Assembly (NCBI GenBank): GCA_044344945.1
Contig: JBIJBZ010000002.1
Location: 1-59,062 of the forward strand
Length of the DNA stretch: 59,062 bases
Source: Bdellovibrionota bacterium
GTDB lineage: Bacteria; Bdellovibrionota_C; UBA2361; OMII01
Reading direction: 5' to 3'
Shown: positions 7,243-16,022 of the stretch, in pieces
Numbering within the stretch: the stretch's first letter is position 1
Layout of the letters: each line of letters starts with the position of its first letter
Notes under the pieces: model-generated
The model's database searches: none
Told to the model about the DNA's origin: nothing
What the model saw: only the letters and a program-made list of their open reading frames with translations
Translations under genes and position numbers: made by a program

Positions 7243-9924
7243 CTACTCCCCGACAGCCGCCTTCTTTGTGCTCTTCCTCTTTGCTGCCGGCTTCTTTTCA
7301 GCAGCTGGCTTCTTGGCGGCGGGAGCCTTAGCGCCCCGTTTACCACGTTTGCCTTTCGATGGACCCTTGGCTGCACGAGCAGCGAGGAGGCCCACTGCCT
7401 CTTCGATCGTCAACGCCTCTGGATCGCTTCCCTGTGGGAGCGAGGCGTTCGTAGTGCCGTCTGTTACGTATGGGCCGTAGCGGCCGCTCTTTATCTGAAG
7501 TGGTGCCTGAGTTTCCGGATGCTTTCCGACCTCTTTCAAGGTCTTGGGCTGACTTGCAGCGCGCCCACGTGTGCGGGGTTGCTTTAATAGTTCAAGCGCA
7601 CGCTCAAAAGAGAGGGTCAGTGGTGATTCATCGGCTGGGATTGAACGACTCTCGGATGCGCACTTTACGTACGGACCGAAACGTCCACTGGCGATGAACA
7701 CGTCCTCGTTATTCTCTGGGTTCTTTCCAATCAATTTGGGGAAGGCCAAGAGCTGCAATGCGATATCGAGATTGACGGCATCGGGTGTAATGCCAGGAAG
7801 AAGCGACGCCATTTTGGGCTTATCGCCACCTTCGACCATATCACCGAGTTGTACGTAGGGGCCGAAGCGTCCCTTCTTGAGGTACACCGGAAGATTTGTT
7901 GTTGGATCAACTCCGAGCGCCTCTGGGCCCTTAGCTGCTTCAGCGAGGAGCTGCTCTGCCTTGGCAGAGTTCAACTCATCGAACGCGATGCTGTCTGGAA
8001 TGCTCGCACGTGTCTCTCCATTTGAGAGGAAGGGGCCGTAGCGCCCGATTCGAACTTCAACGTCTCTTTCTTGAGAATCTTTACCGAGCCTGATTCCACA
8101 AACCTCGCGCGGATCGATCTTCTCTTCGCCTTCGGTCACGAGATCCTTCAATCCCTTCGCAGCGGCGACATCGCCAAAGTAGAATGAATTGAGCTTCTCA
8201 AGGTTGTCCTTCTCGCCGCGGGAGATCGCATCGAGATCATCTTCAAGCTTCGCCGTAAACTCGTAATCAACGAGGTGTGAGAAGTAGCCCTCGAGGAGCC
8301 CCGTTACACCGATCGCCAGAAAGCTCGGGACAAGGGCGGTGCCCTTCTTGAATGCGTAGTCTCGTGAGAGCACAACATCAACGATCGTTGCCCACGTACT
8401 CGGTCGGCCGATGCCGAGCTTCTCAAGCTCCTTGATGAGGGTACCTTCAGTGTAGCGTGCAGGAGGTTGGGTTGAGTGCTTGAGGGTGTCGTACTTTCGA
8501 GCGGTGACGCGATCTCCTTGCTTGAGTGGTGGGAGATTTCTCTCCTGCTCAGCGAGATCGGCCTCGGGATCATCTGACCCTTCAACGTAGGCTCGTAGGA
8601 ATCCTGGGAATGAGATCGTTTTTCCAGAGGCGCGGAAGAAGGCGTCTTCTACCTGTACCGAAACTGATACGCGGGTTCCTTCCGCATCTCGCATCTGAGA
8701 AGCAAGTGTTCGCTTCCAGATAAGCTCGTAGAGCCTAAATGCCTCAAAACCCAGCCTGTCGCGTACTGTAGCGGGAGGGGTAAACTCTGCGCCTGCAGGT
8801 CGGATCGCTTCGTGCGCTTCCTGCGCGTTCTTAACTTTGGTCTTATAGATACGCGGTTGGTCGTACAGATACTCTTTACCAAACTCGCGCGTAATAAGAT
8901 TGCGTGCGCCGCTCAGAGCCTCCTCAGAGAGGGTCGTCGAATCGGTACGCATGTAGGTGATGAATCCGTTTTCGTAGAGGGTCTGCGCTACGGCCATCGT
9001 GCGCTTTGCGCCGAAGCCTAGCTTGCGGTTGGCTTCCTGCTGCATCGTGCTCGTTGTAAACGGGGCGTATGGCTTCTGCGTGAATGGCTTGCTCTCGACC
9101 TCGGCGATCGTTGGCTGCGCCTTGCGAAGCTTCTCTGCAAGGCTCTCTACTGCTGCTTCATTAAGAAGTAGAGCGTCTGATTTAGCAGAGATCTTTCCGG
9201 TGTCGGGATCAAAGTCCTTTCCAGTTGCAACGCGCTTCTCGCCCACGTGAGTGAGTTCTGCCTCGAACGGAGTTGATGGATCTGATGGAGCTTCGAAGAG
9301 AGCTTTGATATCCCAGAAGTCTCCCGACCGAAATCGTGCGCGCTCACGCTCTCGTTGCACCAGGAGTCGGATCGCAACGCTTTGTACCCGTCCTGCACTT
9401 AGTCTCGGAACCATCTTCTTCCAGAGCAGGGGGCTCACTGAGTAACCGTAGAGCCGGTCGATAATACGACGAGTCTCTTGGGCTTTTACAAGGTTCTCAT
9501 CGATGCTGCGAGCATGCTGTAGCGACTCCTCGATAGCCTTCTTGGTAATTTCGTGGAACACCAAACGTTTAACTGGAACCTTCGGCTCAAGCACCGATAA
9601 TAGATGCCAGCTAATAGACTCTCCCTCGCGATCTTCGTCGGTTGCGAGGAACACTTCTGAGGCGTTCTTGACGGCGCGCTTTAGTTCGTTGACCCGCTTC
9701 TCCTTTTCGCTTGGAATAATATAGAGAGGATCAAAGCTCGCATCGACATTGACCCCGAGGCGGGCCCACTTCTGCTTCTTTAGAGTTGCTGGTATCTCGG
9801 CCGCGTTGTTGGGGAGGTCTCGAACGTGTCCATACGACGCTAAGACCTCGAAATCCTTAGGTAAGAACTTCTCAATGGTCTTTGCCTTGGTTGGGGACTC
9901 TACAATTACAAGTCTCTTTGACAT
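7243..9924 (-). CDS. topA: DNA topoisomerase I
   Basis: 893 aa. Toprim start MSKRLVIVESPTKAKTIEKFL, ATDEDREGE, YMRTDS active-site region, repeated GRFGPYV zinc-ribbon-like modules and a Lys/Ala-rich tail. Confidence 0.95.
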   Translation of the reverse strand: MSKRLVIVESPTKAKTIEKFLPKDFEVLASYGHVRDLPNNAAEIPATLKKQKWARLGVNVDASFDPLYIIPSEKEKRVNELKRAVKNASEVFLATDEDREGESISWHLLSVLEPKVPVKRLVFHEITKKAIEESLQHARSIDENLVKAQETRRIIDRLYGYSVSPLLWKKMVPRLSAGRVQSVAIRLLVQRERERARFRSGDFWDIKALFEAPSDPSTPFEAELTHVGEKRVATGKDFDPDTGKISAKSDALLLNEAAVESLAEKLRKAQPTIAEVESKPFTQKPYAPFTTSTMQQEANRKLGFGAKRTMAVAQTLYENGFITYMRTDSTTLSEEALSGARNLITREFGKEYLYDQPRIYKTKVKNAQEAHEAIRPAGAEFTPPATVRDRLGFEAFRLYELIWKRTLASQMRDAEGTRVSVSVQVEDAFFRASGKTISFPGFLRAYVEGSDDPEADLAEQERNLPPLKQGDRVTARKYDTLKHSTQPPARYTEGTLIKELEKLGIGRPSTWATIVDVVLSRDYAFKKGTALVPSFLAIGVTGLLEGYFSHLVDYEFTAKLEDDLDAISRGEKDNLEKLNSFYFGDVAAAKGLKDLVTEGEEKIDPREVCGIRLGKDSQERDVEVRIGRYGPFLSNGETRASIPDSIAFDELNSAKAEQLLAEAAKGPEALGVDPTTNLPVYLKKGRFGPYVQLGDMVEGGDKPKMASLLPGITPDAVNLDIALQLLAFPKLIGKNPENNEDVFIASGRFGPYVKCASESRSIPADESPLTLSFERALELLKQPRTRGRAASQPKTLKEVGKHPETQAPLQIKSGRYGPYVTDGTTNASLPQGSDPEALTIEEAVGLLAARAAKGPSKGKRGKRGAKAPAAKKPAAEKKPAAKRKSTKKAAVGE

Positions 9925-10445
9925 GAACTAACCAGTTGTATTTACAGCACCCGGGCCCCGTACCTTGGTTTTGAGGGCATCGTATTGCTCGTACCGGGCC
10001 TCATGATTACAGGTGATAGGCCTCTTAGCGCAACCCTTTTGGGGGCTTCGAAGTAACATCTTTTAATAACGTTGTTCCTTTATAGCCCGATTAGTAGCGA
10101 CTAACGGCTTGGATCAGCCTGCTTGAGTTTTGATCGTTAAGGATGATGCGAATGTTGTGAGGCTAGGTTCTGTTCCTGGTGCCCCAAAACCGATTTCTAT
10201 TCGGCCGCCCGAAGTCCACCTCTTAATCCTCATCCTGCACCGGTTTCCTAATTCTTATCCCGTTATCTCTCTCCACCGGTTCCTCGTGCGCAGATGGGCG
10301 CCCGACTAATATGAGGCCCCAAATAATTGGCGCGTTGCATACCAGGCCTCGCCCGGCGGATGAGTGGATATCCAAAATGTCATTGCTGCTATATGTAGTA
10401 TTTTCAGTATATTACCAGAGCCCCGTTCCGAGTCTCCCAATTTCC

Positions 10446-10484
10446 TTGCCTGACAACGCAATAATGATATCATAATATCATTAT
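10446..10484 (+). promoter_or_regulatory. Candidate promoter (TTGCCT, 16-nt spacer, TATCAT) overlapping a perfect 10-nt inverted repeat ATAATGATAT/ATATCATTAT that reaches the start codon
   Basis: Read directly: 10461-10470 is complementary to 10475-10484, and the ATG is at 10483. The downstream gene encodes an RHH DNA-binding domain, so this is a plausible operator. Confidence 0.45.
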
Positions 10485-11022
10485 GAGCCAGCAGAGCCGA
10501 ATACTTCTTCGTCTCCCAAAATCGCTTCACGACGAGGTGAAAGCGCGCGCCTCTGCTGCGGGGCTCTCGGTTAACGCGCTCTTGGAGCGACTTATCGCGC
10601 AGGGGCTCTCAGCCCCGGTTGAAAGCGATGTTACTGGGGCCATCGTCCAGCGCGCACAGAGGGAGTATGGAAAAAACTGTATCGGGCTTTTGCTGTTTGG
10701 TTCTCAGGCTCGCGGCGATACGCACGATGCGTCGGACACGGATCTTTTGCTGGTCGTTGGTCATGAGGTCCGAATAGAACGGAGCCTGTATCGACTCTGG
10801 GACACGCTTCTTCCAGAAACGATATCGCTGCATATCGCGCACCTTCCAAAGGAAGCTAACGATGCCGGTTCGCTCTGGCTAGAGTGTGCGTTGGATGCGA
10901 GGATCCTCTTTGACCCAACAGGAGCAATCAAGAACTCCCTCGCAAGGATTCGAGAATTTATTACCTCTGGAGAGGTGGTGCGGCGCGTTACACATGGGCA
11001 AGGATATTGGGTGCCTCGATGA
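10483..11022 (+). CDS. RHH (CopG-like) domain fused to a minimal nucleotidyltransferase (MNT/MntA-like antitoxin candidate)
   Basis: LRLPKSLHDEVKARASAAGLSVNALLERLI (ribbon-helix-helix) followed by LLLFGSQARGDTHDASDTDLLLV (GS...DxD NTase motif). Confidence 0.8.
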   Translation: MSQQSRILLRLPKSLHDEVKARASAAGLSVNALLERLIAQGLSAPVESDVTGAIVQRAQREYGKNCIGLLLFGSQARGDTHDASDTDLLLVVGHEVRIERSLYRLWDTLLPETISLHIAHLPKEANDAGSLWLECALDARILFDPTGAIKNSLARIREFITSGEVVRRVTHGQGYWVPR

Positions 11023-11429
11023 AGAATAAATCGCTAACAAAAGATTACATCGTTCGTGGCGGGATTCGCCTTGCGGCACTACAGGTTCTCTTTGACCAAG
11101 GCGGCTATGCTGATGTCGTGCGAGAAGCACAGGAAATCGTAGAGCTTGTAAGTAAAGCGCTTATTCGACACCTCGGCGCCGAGCCAGCGCGGGTGCACGA
11201 TGTAAGTGCGCAGCTCGCGGAATTGCAATCTCGTTTACAAGCAGAGCAACACGCGGGGCTTCAGACATTAATTGATATCTCACGCGAGCTACGCCGCGAT
11301 CGTGAATTGGCCTTCTACGGAACTGAGGATCTCACGCCAAGTGAGTTTTATTCGAAAAAAGACGCTGAGCGAGCGCTCTCACACGCCAAGCAAGCTGTAA
11401 CATTTGTCGTTGAAGTTGTAGGGGCGTAG
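11019..11429 (+). CDS. HEPN domain protein (partner of the MNT)
   Basis: ATGA overlap with the MNT stop at 11019-11022. All-helical, with EAQEIVELVSKALIRHLG..RVHDV and RELRRDRELAFYG blocks like PF05168-type HEPN. Confidence 0.65.
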   Translation: MKNKSLTKDYIVRGGIRLAALQVLFDQGGYADVVREAQEIVELVSKALIRHLGAEPARVHDVSAQLAELQSRLQAEQHAGLQTLIDISRELRRDRELAFYGTEDLTPSEFYSKKDAERALSHAKQAVTFVVEVVGA

Positions 11430-11458
11430 GTCAACACGCGACGTGTTTGTAGGTTCCC

Positions 11459-13114
11459 TTAACTCTTCTCCAGCATTGCGCGTAGTAGCGAGATCCGTTC
11501 CCGTAGTTGGCGTTCTGTGCACGCTGTTTGCGTCTTTACTTTTTGCTGAGCATTTAGTTGGGCGTGAATTTGAGCATGCGATCGTCGTGAACGCTTGTGG
11601 AAGATGTTCACAAGCTTGCGCACCTCGTTAATCAGAAACGCTTTCTCCTCTGCCCGGGTGCGTCGTTCATCGAGACGGGCGGAAACTTTTTCGGTAACGA
11701 CTTGGTGGATCTCTTCGTGGTGCGAGATTCCGCCAAATAGTGAAAGCTGATTACCGTGAACAATAACACTTGAGAGCCCGCTATTTCGCGATGCAAGCGC
11801 TTCCCACTGCGGGCGGTCCGGACGATCGTCGTTACTTGCTTCGCGCCGCCGGAAATCCTCTTCGAATTCGCCTTTGGGGCGAATGCAGTGTCGGATCTCA
11901 GTCTCAATCTCTTCTGCTAACTTGGTGAGTGTCGGATCAGCCGGCAGATAACAGTACGCTACCTGCAGCGCATTGAGGGTGGGGATACGGCGAACGATCC
12001 GCCCCAAGAATTGTCGGAAATACATCTTGGTTCGAACCGTTGTCGCATACACGCCGATCCGTAATCGCGGAATATCGACCCCTTCACTCACCATGTTGCA
12101 TGCAACAAGCCACGGCTCGTTAGAGTCACGGAAGTTCTTGAGCCTCCGGGCAGCCTCAGACTCCTCGGAGAGGATCACGACAGGATTGGTATTTGTGAGA
12201 CTCGCCAGGAGCTTCGCAAGCTTTCGCGCGCTGGTCTGGTCCGCTGCCACCACGAGCCCGCCGGCATCGGGTTGCTCGCGGCGAGTTTTAAGGAGCATCT
12301 CGTGCGCATCACGCAGCATCGGTTCAATCCAACCGCTCGTAGTGTCAAGGGCGGCGCGTAATCGCCGGGATTGGCCGATGTAGTCTAATTCATCCGAGAA
12401 CGAAGCGCCGGCATCTCCAGCTTCTTCTCGCCACGCGACTTCGCCGCCGTACGTAAAGAATGCAGTTGGACGGCACACCCCTTCCTCAACGGCGCGGCTG
12501 TACTGGTATGAGTAATCGGGGAGGCTGAAGCCGTGTTCGTCGTAGGGGACAAACGGGATAGGGGAGTTGTCGCTTCGGAACGGAGTTCCACTGAGGGAGA
12601 TAATAAAATTAGCTTCGTGGAATGCTGACCGGAGCCCATCTCCCCATGAGAGTCCTTCTCCAGCGTGGTGGACCTCATCGAGGATGATGCACGAACATGG
12701 AGTGAGGCGTCTAAAGAGCCCGGGCTTCTGCGCCACTTGTTGGTAGGTTACTACAAAACCAGCGTAGTCGCCGCCAAGTATTCCTTTCGAGTTAGAGAAG
12801 GAGCTATCGAGGTGGAGATCGAGGTTAAGAGCGGCGCGCGCCCACTGAACTTTAAGATGCGCAGTTGGAACAACGATCCCGATGCACCGAGCGCCGCACT
12901 TCTTCATCTGATGCAGCGCCAAAACCAAAGCCGCCGTAGTTTTTCCTGCACCTGGTGTTGCTTCAAGTAGGATCTGACGCTCACCGCGTAAGATGCAGTC
13001 GCGGTAGGTACCGAACGCCTCTTGCTGCCAAGGGCGCAGCTTGACCTCCTTGATCGTTGAAGGGGTCTTTTCGAAGCGCGGCGGTGATGAAAGAGAGCGT
13101 ACAGCAGACGACAT
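11459..13114 (-). CDS. Superfamily 2 DEAD/DEAH-type helicase (ResIII/XPB-like)
   Basis: Walker A ATPGAGKTT, motif II ILDEVHH, SLSGTPFR, and helicase-C region VACNMVSEGVDIPRL...YFRQFLGRIVR. Confidence 0.8.
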   Translation of the reverse strand: MSSAVRSLSSPPRFEKTPSTIKEVKLRPWQQEAFGTYRDCILRGERQILLEATPGAGKTTAALVLALHQMKKCGARCIGIVVPTAHLKVQWARAALNLDLHLDSSFSNSKGILGGDYAGFVVTYQQVAQKPGLFRRLTPCSCIILDEVHHAGEGLSWGDGLRSAFHEANFIISLSGTPFRSDNSPIPFVPYDEHGFSLPDYSYQYSRAVEEGVCRPTAFFTYGGEVAWREEAGDAGASFSDELDYIGQSRRLRAALDTTSGWIEPMLRDAHEMLLKTRREQPDAGGLVVAADQTSARKLAKLLASLTNTNPVVILSEESEAARRLKNFRDSNEPWLVACNMVSEGVDIPRLRIGVYATTVRTKMYFRQFLGRIVRRIPTLNALQVAYCYLPADPTLTKLAEEIETEIRHCIRPKGEFEEDFRRREASNDDRPDRPQWEALASRNSGLSSVIVHGNQLSLFGGISHHEEIHQVVTEKVSARLDERRTRAEEKAFLINEVRKLVNIFHKRSRRSHAQIHAQLNAQQKVKTQTACTERQLRERISLLRAMLEKS

Positions 13115-13487
13115 CTGAAACAGCTAACAGGGTCGCGAAAAATTGTTACCTCGCAAATACTGTAATACGTTTGAGCAGAGTTCCGTCAAACAGGCACAGT
13201 GTGCAGCAGGGATAGCTCTCTATGAACCTGCTGGCGAGTTACTACGTGTCTCTCGCTACCACCGGCTCACACGCGGCTTGTCATGTTCGGGGTGGCAGAG
13301 AGGTGACAGCTCGGAGTATTCCAAACTGTCGGCCCATAGTCGTAAACAAGATGTGAGAGCCTGTCGAGATGTAAACGACTGAGGTGATTTAGATTTACGA
13401 TCTTGCACGAGATGCGCGAAGCATGCTTCATCGCTTTTTACCACCAAAGGTGTTAGCCTTCATGTGGCTTGACCACTGGAGCCCGTA

Positions 13488-14345
13488 ATGACCAATTCGA
13501 ACGCACTATCTATTTCGCAGCTCTCATCCCCGATCGGCCTCGTTGCCGGTAACGGGCGTTTCCCGATTGAGTTCGCTACCAACGCCCGAACACACGGCCT
13601 CTCAGTCGTTGTTGTTGCGCTTAAAGGTGAGGCCGACCCTCAGATTGAACAGCTCGCAGAGAAGTGCGTATGGATTAGCGTGGGGCAGCTCGGCAAGCTC
13701 GTTAAAACTCTCAGACAGGGTGGCGTCAAGCAGGCTGCCTTTATCGGTGGAGTTACTCGGGTACACTTTGTTGATGGGTTTCGGATCGATTGGACAGGAC
13801 TTCGTATGCTCTCGCGGATGCGATCGTTTAACGATGACTCGATGTTGAGAAACATCATCAATGTGGTCGAGCGGTCTGGCGTTACAGTTATCGCTCCAAA
13901 TATCTTGTTGCAAGACAGCGTGCCTCAGCGTGGGGTGCTGGCTGGCAGACCTCTCTCTGGCTCGGTGCTTGAGGATGCGCGGATCGGCTGGGATGCTGCT
14001 CGTTCGATCGGGGCGCTCGATATCGGCCAGTCTGTAGTCGTGCGAAATAAAACAGTTATTGCTGTTGAGGCTGTCGAAGGTACTGACGCAACGGTTCAGC
14101 GCGCTGCAGGTGTGCGGGGCGGAAGCGGGGTTTTAGTTAAACTTGCAAAGCCGATGCAGGATCTGCGCGTTGACTTGCCAGCGATCGGCTCGCGAACGAT
14201 TGACGAAATGAAGGCCAGCAACCTGGGAACCCTGGTCGTCGAAGCTGGAAAGTGCCTTATTCTGGATCCGCAGGCAGTGATCGAGAAGGCCATGTCCCAC
14301 GGAATTACGATCGTTGTGGCTGAGACGAAGGAAGACCTCGGTTAG
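13488..14345 (+). CDS. lpxI: UDP-2,3-diacylglucosamine pyrophosphatase LpxI (DUF1009)
   Basis: GLVAGNGRFPIEFA, AAFIGGV, LDIGQSVVV, AVEAVEGTDATVQRA, LVKLAKPMQDLRVDLPAIG. Confidence 0.8.
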   Translation: MTNSNALSISQLSSPIGLVAGNGRFPIEFATNARTHGLSVVVVALKGEADPQIEQLAEKCVWISVGQLGKLVKTLRQGGVKQAAFIGGVTRVHFVDGFRIDWTGLRMLSRMRSFNDDSMLRNIINVVERSGVTVIAPNILLQDSVPQRGVLAGRPLSGSVLEDARIGWDAARSIGALDIGQSVVVRNKTVIAVEAVEGTDATVQRAAGVRGGSGVLVKLAKPMQDLRVDLPAIGSRTIDEMKASNLGTLVVEAGKCLILDPQAVIEKAMSHGITIVVAETKEDLG

Positions 14346-14366
14346 CAAATTCGAGGGAATCCTGGG

Positions 14367-15284
14367 TTAGTACCCCGGCTCCCGGGATCGCCTGCCGTAA
14401 TCATCGGCTGGTTCCACATGCACTAGCACCTTAGATATTTGGGGAAGCTCGCGGTGGATTGCCTCCCCAACGTTGTGCGCAACTTCGTGCCCTTGTCTAA
14501 TTGATGCCTCAGGATCGCAGAGCACATCCAGGTCAACGAAGTGATCGAACCCAAGCTTACGAACGTGACACTTGTGAGTTCCTAAAACCCCAGGAACCTG
14601 TTCGGCGATCTCGCGGATGCGCTTAGCGATCTCCGGATTGGGAGCGGTATCGATAAGTTCAAGGAGCGCGGGTTTAATAAGGAGTGCGGCATTAATCGCA
14701 ATCAGCGTTGCTGCGATAAGTGCTGCAAAATCATCTGCGCTCTCGTAGCCTGGGCCACCGACCAGCGCCGTCGAGATACCGACAAATGCAGCCGAGCTTG
14801 AGATCACATCCGCTCGGTGGTGCCAGGCATCGCTCTTTAGAGCAGAGCTTCCGATCTGATCGCTAGCCGCAAGCACATTGCGAAAGAGGGTCTCTTTCAC
14901 AGCGATTACCGCGAGGAGTACGAGTAAGGTAAATGGCTCTGGCCCGTGGTGCGGGGTTAGGATCTCTTGTGTGCTCTCTACGGCGATGAGTATCGCAGCG
15001 CCAAAGAGAATGAGGGCAACCGCGAGAGCCGCGAGCGGTTCAAATTTCCCGTGGCCGTACGGATGGTTGGTGTCGGCCGGCTTTCCGGCCATGCGCACAC
15101 CAAAGAGAACTATCAGGGACGATAAAATGTCGGAGGCTGATTCAATGGCGTCAGCGATTAGGGCGTATGAATTTCCAAGTATACCTGCGACGGCCTTGGT
15201 TATTGCGAGCCCTGTATTAACAGCTATCCCGAGCGCAGCCTGTCGAGCGCCGGTCCGAGCGGCACTTTCAGCGTGAGATCTCAC
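14367..15284 (-). CDS. Cation diffusion facilitator family transporter
   Basis: Six-TM N-terminal domain with the ALIADAIESASD and HHRADV motifs, plus a C-terminal cytoplasmic domain. Confidence 0.85.
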   Translation of the reverse strand: MRSHAESAARTGARQAALGIAVNTGLAITKAVAGILGNSYALIADAIESASDILSSLIVLFGVRMAGKPADTNHPYGHGKFEPLAALAVALILFGAAILIAVESTQEILTPHHGPEPFTLLVLLAVIAVKETLFRNVLAASDQIGSSALKSDAWHHRADVISSSAAFVGISTALVGGPGYESADDFAALIAATLIAINAALLIKPALLELIDTAPNPEIAKRIREIAEQVPGVLGTHKCHVRKLGFDHFVDLDVLCDPEASIRQGHEVAHNVGEAIHRELPQISKVLVHVEPADDYGRRSREPGY

Positions 15285-15290
15285 CGAGCG

Positions 15291-15902
15291 TTACTCTGCG
15301 TACTTTACCGAGCAGCCATATGGCTCCGTATCAGACACGGATATCGGCTTGTTTGCTGCAAGCGCATCGATAGCAGCGAGAACGTAATTGGTTGAGGAAG
15401 CGATGTCGCTTGAGCGGGTTGATGGAGTGCTGTCGATAGCGCCTGCGTATGCGACGTTGCCTTTTGAGTCGATTACAAACATGTGGGGTGTTGTTCGAGC
15501 TCCATAGGATTTTCCAACGGCGCCGGTCGGATCGAGGAGGAGTTCGTTTGATTGCATGGTGAGGTCCCGCATCGTGTCATCTGCATCCTGTTGCGCAATG
15601 TGCCCCTGCTTACCCGCTGCGTTTGAGTTAATCGTGAGCCAGATAACTCCCTTGTTGCGCGCTTCCTTCTGGAACTTCTGCATATCGCCGTTGGCGTAGA
15701 ACTTCTTTACGAACGGGCATCCTGGATTAAACCACTCAAGCACCACCGTGCTACCTGCAAAGCTTTTAAGGGACACATCGGTGCCTTTAGCGTTCTTAAG
15801 CGTGAATTGTGGAGCAGCTTCGCCTACCTTTGCTTCATCGGCAAAAGATGATGAAGTTGTAATTGAGAGGAGGGCGACAATTGTTAAAAGTAGGTGTTTC
15901 AT
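15291..15902 (-). CDS. Periplasmic thioredoxin-fold (redoxin/TlpA-like) protein
   Basis: Signal peptide; WFNPGCPFVKKFY; C-terminal PYGCSVKY. Confidence 0.7.
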   Translation of the reverse strand: MKHLLLTIVALLSITTSSSFADEAKVGEAAPQFTLKNAKGTDVSLKSFAGSTVVLEWFNPGCPFVKKFYANGDMQKFQKEARNKGVIWLTINSNAAGKQGHIAQQDADDTMRDLTMQSNELLLDPTGAVGKSYGARTTPHMFVIDSKGNVAYAGAIDSTPSTRSSDIASSTNYVLAAIDALAANKPISVSDTEPYGCSVKYAE

Positions 15903-16022
15903 AGGAGTAGCTTTAAATCGGTCAGTTCTGAATCGTAGGTGCTTGAAAGGCTTCTCTCTGCCAGGGAGTAAACATTAATTCCTGGCAGCGGGGCCTCTCA
16001 TATGAAATCTAGCGGTCTTCGC

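Noticed and set aside
10306-10530. 74-aa minus-strand ORF across the MNT promoter and start
   Set aside because: It overlaps the palindromic operator and the MNT start, and it has no motif. It is most likely spurious.
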